Shown piece after piece: positions 38,497 to 47,794 of a stretch of DNA of 64,000 nt. Every line of letters begins with the position of its first letter. Within the stretch, counting starts at the first letter, position 1. Made by a program: the position numbers and the translations under genes. The DNA lies in assembly GCA_963828165.1 (NCBI GenBank), contig CAWHDR010000001.1, forward strand, positions 224,001 through 288,000, written 5' to 3'. The notes below the pieces were generated by a model that was not told the origin of the DNA, ran no database searches, and saw only the letters and a list, made by a program, of their open reading frames with translations. Origin of the DNA: an uncultured Chloroflexia bacterium (GTDB lineage: Bacteria; Chloroflexota; Limnocylindria; Limnocylindrales; CSP1-4).

Positions 38497-39548
38497 CGGA
38501 TCGACCCGTTCGCGTCCTCCTCGTCGGCTTCGGCAAGACCAATCAGGCGGTCCTCGAGCTGGCGCTGACGCGCCCGTGGCTGGACGTCTGCGGCATCGTC
38601 GTTCGCTCGGCGGAACGCGACGGGGAGGCAGCAGCGAGCCGTGTCGAGGGTGCCCCCGAGGACCTCCGCTGCTCCACCGATCTGGCCGAGACCCTGCGCA
38701 CGACCCGCCCCGACGTCGTCGTGGTCGCGACGGCGACCCGGCTCGTGGACGTCCTGCCGGTCCTCGCCGCGATCGCCCCCAGTGGCGTGCCGATCGTCTG
38801 CACCGCCGAGGACCTCGCGTTCATCCGGGCGGGCGATTCCGACGACGCGTCACGGATCATCGGGCTGGCCGAAACGCATCAGATCCCGATCGTCGCGACG
38901 GGAGCGAACCCAGGTTTCGTCCTGGACCTCTGGCCGCTCACGCTGTCGGGTCTGGCCTGGGACGTCGAGCAGCTGCGCGCGCGTCGCATCGTCGACGTGA
39001 GCGTGTTCGGACCGCGCGTCCGGGCATCGCTCGGGATCGACCTGACGCCGGCGGCATTCCGGGCCGGGATCGCCGACGGAACGGTCGTCGGCCATGCGGG
39101 CTTCCCGGAGAGCCTGCGCATCCTGGCTGCGGCCATGGGCCGGGACCTCGAACGGATCGAGATCGTGTCGGATCCGATCGTGGCCACCGAAACCCTCACG
39201 ATCGCCGATGGGACGGTCATCGCCACGGGCCGGACGGTCGGTGCGGACCAGCGCGCGATCGGCTGGTTCGATGGTCGGCCGTGGCTGGACATCTCGATGA
39301 CCCTGCATGTGCAACCGGCATCGGCCGGCCTGCAACCCACGGACGAGATCGCGCTTGATGGTCGTCACGGCCTGCACGTCCGTGTCGAACCCGGTTGCCG
39401 GGCGCTCCTCTCGACGGCGGCCATGATCGTCAACGGCCTCCCCCAGGCGATGGCCGCATCGCCCGGTGTGCATGGTCCCGGTGACCTGCCGCCGGTTGCC
39501 CCGTGGCTCGGCGAGCGCCCGCCCGCGTGGGTGCCGCTACGCGACTGA
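38493..39548 (+). CDS. NAD(P)H-dependent amine dehydrogenase / 2,4-diaminopentanoate dehydrogenase-like protein
   Basis: DapB-type Rossmann 'LVGFGKTN', 'CTAEDL', 'TGANPGFVLD', 'GHAGFPES', C-terminal 'TAAMIVN..P....PG'. Confidence 0.72.
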   Translation: MTDRPVRVLLVGFGKTNQAVLELALTRPWLDVCGIVVRSAERDGEAAASRVEGAPEDLRCSTDLAETLRTTRPDVVVVATATRLVDVLPVLAAIAPSGVPIVCTAEDLAFIRAGDSDDASRIIGLAETHQIPIVATGANPGFVLDLWPLTLSGLAWDVEQLRARRIVDVSVFGPRVRASLGIDLTPAAFRAGIADGTVVGHAGFPESLRILAAAMGRDLERIEIVSDPIVATETLTIADGTVIATGRTVGADQRAIGWFDGRPWLDISMTLHVQPASAGLQPTDEIALDGRHGLHVRVEPGCRALLSTAAMIVNGLPQAMAASPGVHGPGDLPPVAPWLGERPPAWVPLRD

Positions 39549-39573
39549 GCGTCGACTGACGCCGGCCCGTCCC

Positions 39574-40713
39574 TCAGCGATCGACGCGGTACTTCTCGAT
39601 GAAGGCCTCGTCGAGCACCCAGCCCAGGCCCGGCCGCTCGGGCAGCGGGAAGTGCCCGTCCACGAGCGCCGGCCGGTTCTCGATCATCTGCCAGAAGATC
39701 GGATCCCGTGCGGGAGAGAACGTCTCGACGTAGGTGCCGTGCGGTTGCGAGGCCAGGAGGTGGGAGGCGACCTGCGCCTCCTCGTGATGCCCCAGCTGGA
39801 CGTCGAAGGCCGACGCCAGCGCAGCGATCCGTCGCCACTCGGTCGGTCCCCCGCCCCACGACGCGTCGTAGTTGCAGACGTCGATGGCGCCGGCGGCCAT
39901 CATCTCGCGCATCCCCACCCGGCTGATCTCACTCTGCCCGGCGGCCACGTTGACGTTGCCACGCATCCGGACGTCCCGGAGGCCACGGAAGTCGGCGTGC
40001 CAGCGGGTCGGCTCCTCGAACCAGCGGATCGCGATCCCCTCGGCACGGATCACCTCGAGGAACTCCAGGGCCTCGGCGACGGTATAGCCCTGGTTGGCGT
40101 CCACCACGAACAGGAAGTCGTCCCCGGCATGCCGCCGCGCTCGCACGAGGCGGGCGGCATCCACCGGCGGCGGCTCCGCGCCGATCTTGAACTTCATCCC
40201 GACCATGCCATGCTCGGACTGGAAGAAGTCGATCTCGCGTTCGATCTCCTGGCCCTTCGCGCTCTCGTCGTCGGGGATGTAGTAGCCGCCGATGCCGATC
40301 ATCGGGATCCGGTCGCGATAGCCGCCCCAGATCCGCCACAACGGTTGACCCATGGCCTGCCCGACGGCATCCCAGACCGCGGTGTCGATGCAGGCCATGG
40401 CCTGCATCGCGTACCAGCGCGGGCGGAGCTGGTCGAAGGTGGCCGGGAGCATCGCCTCCCAAACCCGTTCGGTCCCGAAGGCGTCGAGGCCGATGACCTG
40501 GGGCACCAGCTCGTCGTGCAGGATGCTCAGGATCTCGGACTGGAGCGGCTCGTCCTCATCGGCGTTGTACGCCTGACCGACGATCCCTTCTGACGTCTTG
40601 ATCCGCGTGATGATCGTGCAGCGGTTGCGCATCTTGTAATAGCTGCCCTTGTAGGTGAAGGGCAGCGGGACGCGGATCGGGATCGTCTCGACGGATTCGA
40701 TCTTCAACTGCAT
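39574..40713 (-). CDS. Enolase superfamily, mandelate racemase subgroup
   Basis: 'IDTAVWD', 'MKFKIG', 'VDANQ', 'FEEP', 'GQSE', 'GHHEE', 'PGLGW'. Confidence 0.9.
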   Translation of the reverse strand: MQLKIESVETIPIRVPLPFTYKGSYYKMRNRCTIITRIKTSEGIVGQAYNADEDEPLQSEILSILHDELVPQVIGLDAFGTERVWEAMLPATFDQLRPRWYAMQAMACIDTAVWDAVGQAMGQPLWRIWGGYRDRIPMIGIGGYYIPDDESAKGQEIEREIDFFQSEHGMVGMKFKIGAEPPPVDAARLVRARRHAGDDFLFVVDANQGYTVAEALEFLEVIRAEGIAIRWFEEPTRWHADFRGLRDVRMRGNVNVAAGQSEISRVGMREMMAAGAIDVCNYDASWGGGPTEWRRIAALASAFDVQLGHHEEAQVASHLLASQPHGTYVETFSPARDPIFWQMIENRPALVDGHFPLPERPGLGWVLDEAFIEKYRVDR

Positions 40714-40771
40714 GCGAGGACCTCTGCGGACAGGACGAGTTGACGCACGATGCCACAGGATGCGACCATCT

Positions 40772-40799
40772 CGCAATCGTAACTGGAAACGGTACCGCC
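40772..40799 (+). promoter_or_regulatory. Tandem LacI-type operator candidate (CGCAATCGTAAC-TGGAAACGGTAC)
   Basis: Divergent intergenic region; 19-bp identity to 28198-28216. Confidence 0.7.
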
Positions 40800-40846
40800 G
40801 GTCCCTCGATCCGCGTACCGACCCCGGTCTTCACCGGAAGGAGCCC

Positions 40847-42133
40847 ATGACGGCGGGCCCGCAACCCCATGACCCCGACGCCGCCGGGCGCCCCTCGGCC
40901 GCGCCGCTCTCCGGCGTCCGGATCGTTGCCGTGGAACAGTACGGCGCGGGTCCGTTCGGGACGATGTACCTGGCTGATCTGGGCGCGGAAGTCATCAAGA
41001 TCGAGGATCCCGGGACCGGCGGCGACGTCAGCCGCTGGATCCCGCCCGGACGCGCCGGATCGGACAGCCTGTTCTTCGAGGCCTTCAACCGGAACAAGCG
41101 CAGCCTGTCCCTCGACCTCAAGACGACCGGTGGACGGGACGTGTTCGAACGGCTCGTGGCATCCGCGGACGCCGTCATCAGCAACCTGCGCGGCGACCAG
41201 GCGGAGCGACTTGGCCTGACCTACGCCCGGCTCGGGGAGATCAACCCTGCGATCGTGTGCGTCGCGCTGACCGGGTACGGAAGCGTCGGGGAGTCCGCGC
41301 GCTGGCCGGGCTACGACGCCCTGATCCAGGCAGAGGCGGGCTGGGCCTCCCTGACTGGTGCCCCGGACGAGGCACCCACCAAGAGCGGCCTCTCGCTGGC
41401 GGACTACATCGCCGGCCTCACCGCCGCGCTTGGCCTGATGGTCGGTGTCTTCGATGCTCGCCGCACCGGGCGCGGTCGGGACGTGGAGACCAACCTGTAC
41501 GACTCGGCGCTGGCGATGCTCAGCTATCCCGCGACGTGGTTCCTGTCGCAGGGCTTCGTGACGGAGCGCAAGCCGATGTCGGCCCACCCGAGCGTGGTCC
41601 CGTTCCAGTTCTTCCCGACCGCCGACGGGCACCTGGCCATCGCCGCTCCGAAGGAGAAGTTCTTCCGATCCCTGATCGCCGCGATGGATCTCCCGGAGGT
41701 CGGCGCGGATCCGCGGTTCGCGGACTTCGAGTCACGCGATCGGCATCGCGAGGCCCTGCTCGACATCCTCACCAGGCGCTTCGCCGAAGAGACCACCGCG
41801 GTCTGGCTCGAGCGGCTGCGTGGCCTGGTGCCGGTCGCTCCCGTCCGATCCTTGACGCAGGCACTGGATCCCGACGAGCTTCGCGCCAGGGACATGCTGG
41901 CCGAGTATCCCCACCCGGCATTCGGGCAGGTGCGCTCGATCGGGCTTCCGATGACGATGGGCGGCTTCGAGCGGACCTATCGACACGGACCGGCCCTCGA
42001 CGGCGACCACGCCGCGATCCTCGCCGAGTTGGCCTATGACGAGCCGGCGATCGAGGCGCTTCGGGCCGGTGGGGCGTTCGGCATCGTCGACGGAGACGAC
42101 CCCGACGGTCGAGCCGTCAGCGAGCCGGGCTAG
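40847..42133 (+). CDS. Family III (CaiB/BaiF) CoA-transferase
   Basis: 'AGPFGTMYLADLGAEVIKIE', 'NRNKRS', 'GYDALIQA', catalytic Asp in 'LADYIAG'. Confidence 0.93.
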   Translation: MTAGPQPHDPDAAGRPSAAPLSGVRIVAVEQYGAGPFGTMYLADLGAEVIKIEDPGTGGDVSRWIPPGRAGSDSLFFEAFNRNKRSLSLDLKTTGGRDVFERLVASADAVISNLRGDQAERLGLTYARLGEINPAIVCVALTGYGSVGESARWPGYDALIQAEAGWASLTGAPDEAPTKSGLSLADYIAGLTAALGLMVGVFDARRTGRGRDVETNLYDSALAMLSYPATWFLSQGFVTERKPMSAHPSVVPFQFFPTADGHLAIAAPKEKFFRSLIAAMDLPEVGADPRFADFESRDRHREALLDILTRRFAEETTAVWLERLRGLVPVAPVRSLTQALDPDELRARDMLAEYPHPAFGQVRSIGLPMTMGGFERTYRHGPALDGDHAAILAELAYDEPAIEALRAGGAFGIVDGDDPDGRAVSEPG

Positions 42134-42283
42134 CAGGCACCCGCCCCGCGGCGGACATGCCAGCGGGCCGATCGACTACGGCGACCCTGGCGCCGACACT
42201 ACGATACGGATGCTGGTAGCCGCCGCGCACCCGCTGGCGCTAGCTCGCTCGAACGAAGACCGGTACCGGATGGAGACGGCCCA

Positions 42284-42925
42284 ATGGACGATGACGCTCG
42301 GCGGACGGCCCTGCTGTCCGCGCTGACGACGGAGCATTTCGTGCTGCAGACCGCGTCGACGTCCACGATCTCGGAAGCAGCCGGACGCAGCTCCCTCTAC
42401 ATCTTCGCCCTGTCGAGTTCGCTGGTCGCGCTGGGCTTCCTGTCCCAGTCGCCAGATGCCTTGGTGCCATTTTTGGCAGTGGTCCTGCCCGCGCTCTTCA
42501 TCCTGGGGATCTTCACCGTGGTCAGGCTCGTCGACACGGTGGCCGAGAACATGCAGTACCTGGCGGGCATCGCACGCATCCGCGGCCACTATCGGGACCT
42601 GATCCCCGGATCGGAGGCCTATTTCTCCACTGAGACGGGTCGCTGGCCCGAGGCCCGGGACGACCCTTCGCTCATCCACGGTGCGACCTTCGCGTTCTTC
42701 GGCACGACGGCGAGCATGGTCGCGTTCATCGACAGCGTGATCGCCGGTGTCGGGACCACGCTGCTGATGACGAACCTCGCCGGCGTGCCATCGGTGCTCG
42801 GGGTGATCTCCGGCGTCTTCGTGGTCGCGATCCTGATGTATGTGTTTTTTCGCTACGAGCGCTGGCGCATCGAGGTCCTTCGGATCGACGAGCACGCTGA
42901 CGTCGGCGAACGGTCCGACACGTAA
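42284..42925 (+). CDS. Uncharacterised membrane protein (about 4 TM)
   Basis: Clean ORF with hydrophobic helices and 'LTTEHFVLQTA...ISEAAGR' N-terminus. Confidence 0.7.
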   Translation: MDDDARRTALLSALTTEHFVLQTASTSTISEAAGRSSLYIFALSSSLVALGFLSQSPDALVPFLAVVLPALFILGIFTVVRLVDTVAENMQYLAGIARIRGHYRDLIPGSEAYFSTETGRWPEARDDPSLIHGATFAFFGTTASMVAFIDSVIAGVGTTLLMTNLAGVPSVLGVISGVFVVAILMYVFFRYERWRIEVLRIDEHADVGERSDT

Positions 42926-42992
42926 CGTCCGCGCCGACCCGGCGGGAGGCCGGGCCGCCGACCGGGCCCCGTGAGTCGCGTTCCGAGCGCCG

Positions 42993-43382
42993 TCAGGTCG
43001 CCCGGTCGACGCGAGCCGTGAGCTGGCTGAACACGACCGTGGTAGCCACCGGGATCCACGCATACAGCGGCGCGAACGTCGTCAGATACGACCCGATGTC
43101 CGCTGGCTCCATGAACAGGAGATGGCCGATGTCGTTCGCCACCATGAGGAGCGCCCACAGGATGCCGACCGCGAGGCCCTCTCGGATCGAGCCATGCTCG
43201 ATGCGCCGCAGGTAATCGACCGCAAAGAGCAAGACAAGCAGGACAAGGACCAGGAGACGGACCGATGGGAAGGCCGGCGAGGACGTGACGCTGGCCGGGA
43301 TCAGCTGGGAAATGCCGATAAATCCGAACCAGATCCACCAGATGGCAAATCCGTAGGCAAGGGCACGGATGGGTCGCTGCAT
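42993..43382 (-). CDS. Small membrane protein, unknown function
   Basis: RBS AAGGAG and four hydrophobic segments. Confidence 0.65.
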   Translation of the reverse strand: MQRPIRALAYGFAIWWIWFGFIGISQLIPASVTSSPAFPSVRLLVLVLLVLLFAVDYLRRIEHGSIREGLAVGILWALLMVANDIGHLLFMEPADIGSYLTTFAPLYAWIPVATTVVFSQLTARVDRAT

Positions 43383-43590
43383 GTGCGTCTCCTTCGGGGC
43401 CGCGTCGGGGACGAGACCGTTGGAATCGGACGTGTCGGAGGTATCGCTCCGATACTCCCCCCCAGTATATGATCGCGGCCTTCATCGGGTCAACCTCCCC
43501 AAGCCGGCCGCTCGCTGGTCGGCTACCTTGGGTCAGGTCATCGTGTGAACACCCGCGCCGGCGACGGCTGTGAAGCAAAGGCGAGAGCGA

Positions 43591-43746
43591 GTGTCCTTCC
43601 AGGCGTACCTCGACATCATCGAAGGGAAGACCGAGCTGACCCGGCGTCAGATCGACTCCAAGCACGTTGGCTCGGGCGGCACGCATCGCGACCCCTCGGA
43701 CATGCTGTGGCTGGACGGTAAGGCCACCGATGCGGGATCCCCGTGA
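43591..43746 (+). pseudogene. Internally deleted DUF4287-like remnant (51 aa)
   Basis: Reads MSFQAYLDIIEGKTELTRRQ-IDSKHVGSGGTHRDPSDMLWLDGKAT. The recalled DUF4287 termini are present but the 'WLK..GLG.GHA' core is missing. Confidence 0.55.
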
Positions 43747-44474
43747 GACCCAGCGATCGACTGCTTGCGGCCGCCGTGCTCACCGTCGCGTTGGCCGCGT
43801 GCGGGGGTGGGGGCGCCACGGGCGCGCCGGCAGGCTCGTCGGCCACGATCGCGCTCTCCCCTGGCGCCACCGCGGCACCGCTCGCTACCGAGGTCGGCTC
43901 GATCGGTCCCTTCTCCCCGGAAGCGTGCCCGGTTCCGGACCCGGCGTTCTGCACACCCGCCGCGGCCGTGGCGGAGGCGATCGTGGCGGGCGACACGCCC
44001 TCGATCGTGGAGCTCAGCCGGCCGGACGTGTTCCGCTGCGCGGACCTTGACGCCTCGATCTTCACGGGCTGTCAGTCGGCCGACGTCCTCGAGGGCCACC
44101 CGATCGGGACGGCCAGCGGCAGCATCGAGGTTCATCCGCCAGCGGACTACGCAGACGAGCTGGACGCGACGATCGAGGCGATCGATCCGGCATTCCGCGA
44201 CGAAGCCGGATCCGGCGAGGCGCGTGTCCTCGGCACGAGCGCGTGCGGGCCCGACGATCCGGAACGTCGCTCGTACTACGTCGCCTGGACCGCGGGGATA
44301 GGAGCGGGATCGGGCGACGCCGAGCGCGTCGTCGGGCTGTACGAATTCACGTTCCGCGACGATCAATGGCTGGTCGGGATCCTGTATCTCGACAGCGTCG
44401 CTGCCTGGCAGACACGCCACGACGACCCGCTTCGGGACGTCGGCTGCGGGATCTCCCCCTGGGCGGCGGGCTAG
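43743..44474 (+). CDS. Hypothetical lipoprotein
   Basis: Lipobox LAAC, acidic mature domain with six further Cys. Confidence 0.7.
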   Translation: MRPSDRLLAAAVLTVALAACGGGGATGAPAGSSATIALSPGATAAPLATEVGSIGPFSPEACPVPDPAFCTPAAAVAEAIVAGDTPSIVELSRPDVFRCADLDASIFTGCQSADVLEGHPIGTASGSIEVHPPADYADELDATIEAIDPAFRDEAGSGEARVLGTSACGPDDPERRSYYVAWTAGIGAGSGDAERVVGLYEFTFRDDQWLVGILYLDSVAAWQTRHDDPLRDVGCGISPWAAG

Positions 44475-44498
44475 ACCGGTCGATCGCTGGAGGGCACC

Positions 44499-45119
44499 TT
44501 GGACGACCGACTGCTCGCATTCATCGCCGTCTGTGTCGCCGTCGTCGTCATCCCCGGTCCGGACATGGCGCTGGTGGCGCGCAACGTGCTTCGCCACGGG
44601 CGGTCGGCAGGCGTCGCGACCTCGCTCGGCATCTGCACCGGCGTGCTGGGCTGGGCGATCGCGGCCGCGCTCGGCGTCGCGACGATCCTGGCCACCTCGG
44701 CAACGGCCTTCACGGTCCTCAAGCTGGCGGGGGCCGCATACCTCATCTACCTCGGCATCGCGACGCTTCGGGCGCCCGACGATGCCGGGGACGCTGACGT
44801 GAACGGTGGATCGGCCCTACCGTGGCGCCGCGCATGGATGCAGGGCGCGCTCTCGGCCCTCCTCAACCCCAAGCTCGGTGTCTTCTTCCTCACGCTGCTG
44901 CCGCAGTTCATCTCGCCCGGCGACCCGCCCGCGGTACGGGCGCTGCAGCTGGCCGTCATCTTCGAGCTCATCGGGCTCGCCTGGTTGTTGATCTATACGG
45001 CGATGCTCGGAGCGCTCGGCTCTGCGCTCGGACGCCCGGGGCCGCGACGGTTCATGCGCTGGGTCACTGGCACGGTGCTGGTCGCGCTCGGCGCGCGCGT
45101 GGCCCTCGAACGCTCCTAG
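44499..45119 (+). CDS. LysE/RhtB-family translocator
   Basis: 'PGPD', 'LKLAGAAYLIYLG', 'LLNPK..VFF'. Confidence 0.92.
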   Translation: MDDRLLAFIAVCVAVVVIPGPDMALVARNVLRHGRSAGVATSLGICTGVLGWAIAAALGVATILATSATAFTVLKLAGAAYLIYLGIATLRAPDDAGDADVNGGSALPWRRAWMQGALSALLNPKLGVFFLTLLPQFISPGDPPAVRALQLAVIFELIGLAWLLIYTAMLGALGSALGRPGPRRFMRWVTGTVLVALGARVALERS

Positions 45120-45126
45120 CGCGAGG

Positions 45127-45474
45127 TCAATGCAGTCGGTCTTGCCAGTCGTCCGGCACGCGCCCGGCGGGTCCCGGTGTGGGCTGGTCGAGCGGGTGCG
45201 AATCCGGCGGCGCCAGGGGCGGACCCTCGCCGTACTGCTCGACCGTATAGCTCCAGAACCAGTCCTCATCGGGCTCGAAGCTCTGGACCAGCGGGTGGCC
45301 GGCCTCCTGCGCGTGGTGGCTCGCGTGCTGGGATGGCGATGAGTCGCAGCACCCGACATGGCCACAGGCAGTGCAGCGCCGGAGGTGAAACCACCAGCCG
45401 TCGGTAGCGAGGCACTCGACGCATCCCGTCCCGCTCGGCGGGACCGTTGGGTCGATCTCGTTGTCAGCCGCCAT
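45127..45474 (-). CDS. UBP-type zinc-finger domain protein
   Basis: 'CVEC...WFHLRRCTACGHVGCCDSSPSQHASHH', 'SFEPDEDW'. Confidence 0.9.
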   Translation of the reverse strand: MAADNEIDPTVPPSGTGCVECLATDGWWFHLRRCTACGHVGCCDSSPSQHASHHAQEAGHPLVQSFEPDEDWFWSYTVEQYGEGPPLAPPDSHPLDQPTPGPAGRVPDDWQDRLH

Positions 45475-45532
45475 CGATCATCCTCGGCGCATGCGCATGT
45501 GAACCGACATGGTAGAGCCCTTTCGCTGGTCG

Positions 45533-45832
45533 TTAGAGCTCCGTTGCGATGCGCTGCGCCGTGTACGTGGCCCACGGCTTCCTGGACTCGACTTCGACCC
45601 GCTCAAGGTCGCGGTTGCTGCGTTCGAGGAACGTCGCCAGCTGCTCCGTCGTGACGGGATGGCCGAGCACGTCGCCGATCCCGTGTTCGATCGCGTGGAC
45701 TGCATACCACTGCGGCCATTCCTGGTCGTAGACCCCGTTCAACTCCGTCTCCTCGTACCTGCCATGCGCCTCCCCCGCCTGCACGAGTAGCGCGTTGATC
45801 TGGGCGACGCGCTCGCCGTCGATGTCTCCCAC
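45533..45832 (-). CDS. Hypothetical protein
   Basis: Protein-like ORF 'GEAHGRYEETELNGVYDQEWPQWYA'. Start uncertain (GTG 45832 chosen). Confidence 0.6.
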   Translation of the reverse strand: MGDIDGERVAQINALLVQAGEAHGRYEETELNGVYDQEWPQWYAVHAIEHGIGDVLGHPVTTEQLATFLERSNRDLERVEVESRKPWATYTAQRIATEL

Positions 45833-45906
45833 GAATCTGGACCCCCTGCGCTGCTGCCGTCGCTGACAGTCTGGCCTTCGCGGCTGGCGAACGCATCCAG
45901 CCACCG

Positions 45907-46581
45907 TCAGACCGGGTCCCGCACCCGCTCGAGGCCGTCGAGGATGACGTCGAGGCCGTATTCGAACTCGTTCGCATAGTCGTAGCCGGGCTTCATCGCG
46001 TGCTCCGTGATGAAATCGGCGAGGTTCTGGTACTCACCGGGCGCGAACGGCGCGAGCATCGTCTCTGACATCTCGACGATGTCGGAGGTGTCCTCGAACG
46101 GGAGATTCATCTTGGTCATGGCGAACCCGTAGATGTAGCTGTCCAGGAGCGAGTAGGCGGTCGCGGTCGCCGCCATGTCGAAGCCAGCCGCCCGGAGACA
46201 GCCGATCACCGCGTCGTGATGTCGCAGGTTCGCGGGACCCGGATTGGTCCGCGACTCCATCAGGCCGATCGCCCATCGATGGCGGAGCAGCGCATCGCGG
46301 ACCGAGATGGCCCGCTGACGCATGGCGGTCTTCCAGTCCGCGCCGGCAACCGGCACATCGATCTCCGTGTAGACCAGGTCCACGATGCCGTCGAGGACTC
46401 GCTCCTTGTTGGCGAAATGGTAGTAGAGCGCCATCGCCTCGACCCCGAGCGCCTGACCGAGCTTGCGCATGCTGAGGCCCTCGAGCCCGCTCTGATCGGC
46501 GAGTTTCATCGCGGCATCGAGGACCCGTTCGCGGGTCAATGGGATCCGACGCTGCGCCGGCCTCCTGGCCTGGGTCGTCAT
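45907..46581 (-). CDS. TetR-family regulator (TetR_C type)
   Basis: HTH 'LSMRKLGQALGVEAMALYYHF', C-terminal 'FEYGLDVILDGL'. Confidence 0.95.
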   Translation of the reverse strand: MTTQARRPAQRRIPLTRERVLDAAMKLADQSGLEGLSMRKLGQALGVEAMALYYHFANKERVLDGIVDLVYTEIDVPVAGADWKTAMRQRAISVRDALLRHRWAIGLMESRTNPGPANLRHHDAVIGCLRAAGFDMAATATAYSLLDSYIYGFAMTKMNLPFEDTSDIVEMSETMLAPFAPGEYQNLADFITEHAMKPGYDYANEFEYGLDVILDGLERVRDPV

Positions 46582-46617
46582 GGGCTCCTTCCTCCCGCGA
46601 TCGGCGGGTTTCGGGGG

Positions 46618-46671
46618 TTGACAGTTCTGACTTTACACCGTACATTCACGCCGTTGGCTTTACAGCGTACA
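46618..46671 (+). promoter_or_regulatory. Sigma70 promoter with two TetR operator candidates
   Basis: TTGACA (46618)-N17-TACATT (46641). Repeats CTTTACACCGTACA (46631-46644) and CTTTACAGCGTACA (46658-46671). Confidence 0.7.
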
Positions 46672-46690
46672 GTAACAGAAGGACGGATCG

Positions 46691-47707
46691 ATGCAAGCAC
46701 TGGTTCAGGAGACCTACGGCTCAGCCGAGGTCACGCACATGACGGAGATCGACAAGCCGGAGATCGGCGACAACGAGGTCCTGCTCCGGGTCCGCGCCGC
46801 GGGCGTCAACCCGGCCGACTGGGCGATCATGAGCGGTCTGCCCTACGTCGCCCGACCGGTCTACGGCCTGCGCAAGCCGAAGGTTGCCACCCGTGGAACG
46901 GATGTCGCGGGCGTGGTCGAAGCGATCGGCTCCGCTGTCACTCGTTTCATCGTCGGTGACGAGGTCTACGGATCGGCCAAGGGCTCGTACGCGGAGTACG
47001 CGGCCGCCGCCGAGGACCAGCTTGCCCCCAAGCCCGCCAGCCTCACGTTCGAGGAGGCAGCGGCCGTGCCGATGGCCGGTCTCGTCGCCCTGCAGGCCGT
47101 GCGCGACCACGGCAAGGTCCACGCGGGCCAGAAGGTCCTGATCAATGGGGCCTCGGGCGGCATCGGCACCTTCGCCGTCCAGATCGCCAAGGCCCTCGGC
47201 GCCGAGGTGACCGCGGTCGTCAGCACACGGAACATGGCGCTGGTCCGCTCGATCGGCGCGGACCACGTCATCGACTACACGAAGGAAGACTTCACCAAGA
47301 GCGGCCTGCAGTACGACTTCATCCTCGACAACGTGTCGAACCACTCGCTGTCCGACCTCCGCCGTGTCCTCGCGCCGGCCGGGATGCTCGTGCCGAACGG
47401 CGGGCGCTTCGACAAGACGTGGATGGCCAGTGGCGGTCGGATCGTCCAGGGCAAGGTGCGGTTCCAGTTCGGAAGCCAGACCTTCGGCAACTTCCTCGTG
47501 AAGATGGGCCATGAAGGCCTGCTGGCCCTGACGGAGCTCATCGAAGCCGGCGACGTCGCACCGGTGCTCGATCGCAGCTTTGCGCTGAGCGAGACCGCCC
47601 AGGCGCTCGACCACGTCGGCGCGGGCCATGCCCGAGGCAAGACCACGATCGCGGTCGACGCGGCCGACGAGCGAAGCGTCGTCACCCCGCTGCGTGCGGT
47701 CGCCTAG
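46691..47707 (+). CDS. Zn-independent MDR (quinone oxidoreductase-like) protein
   Basis: 'AAGVNPADW', 'GTDVAG', 'NGASGGIG', 'HARGK'. Confidence 0.9.
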   Translation: MQALVQETYGSAEVTHMTEIDKPEIGDNEVLLRVRAAGVNPADWAIMSGLPYVARPVYGLRKPKVATRGTDVAGVVEAIGSAVTRFIVGDEVYGSAKGSYAEYAAAAEDQLAPKPASLTFEEAAAVPMAGLVALQAVRDHGKVHAGQKVLINGASGGIGTFAVQIAKALGAEVTAVVSTRNMALVRSIGADHVIDYTKEDFTKSGLQYDFILDNVSNHSLSDLRRVLAPAGMLVPNGGRFDKTWMASGGRIVQGKVRFQFGSQTFGNFLVKMGHEGLLALTELIEAGDVAPVLDRSFALSETAQALDHVGAGHARGKTTIAVDAADERSVVTPLRAVA

Positions 47708-47794
47708 CGGCAACCCAGCGACTCACCGAGCCGCAGTCGGCGCCATCTCCAGCCAATGACCACCACCGTTTCGACGGATCGAAAGGAATCCATC

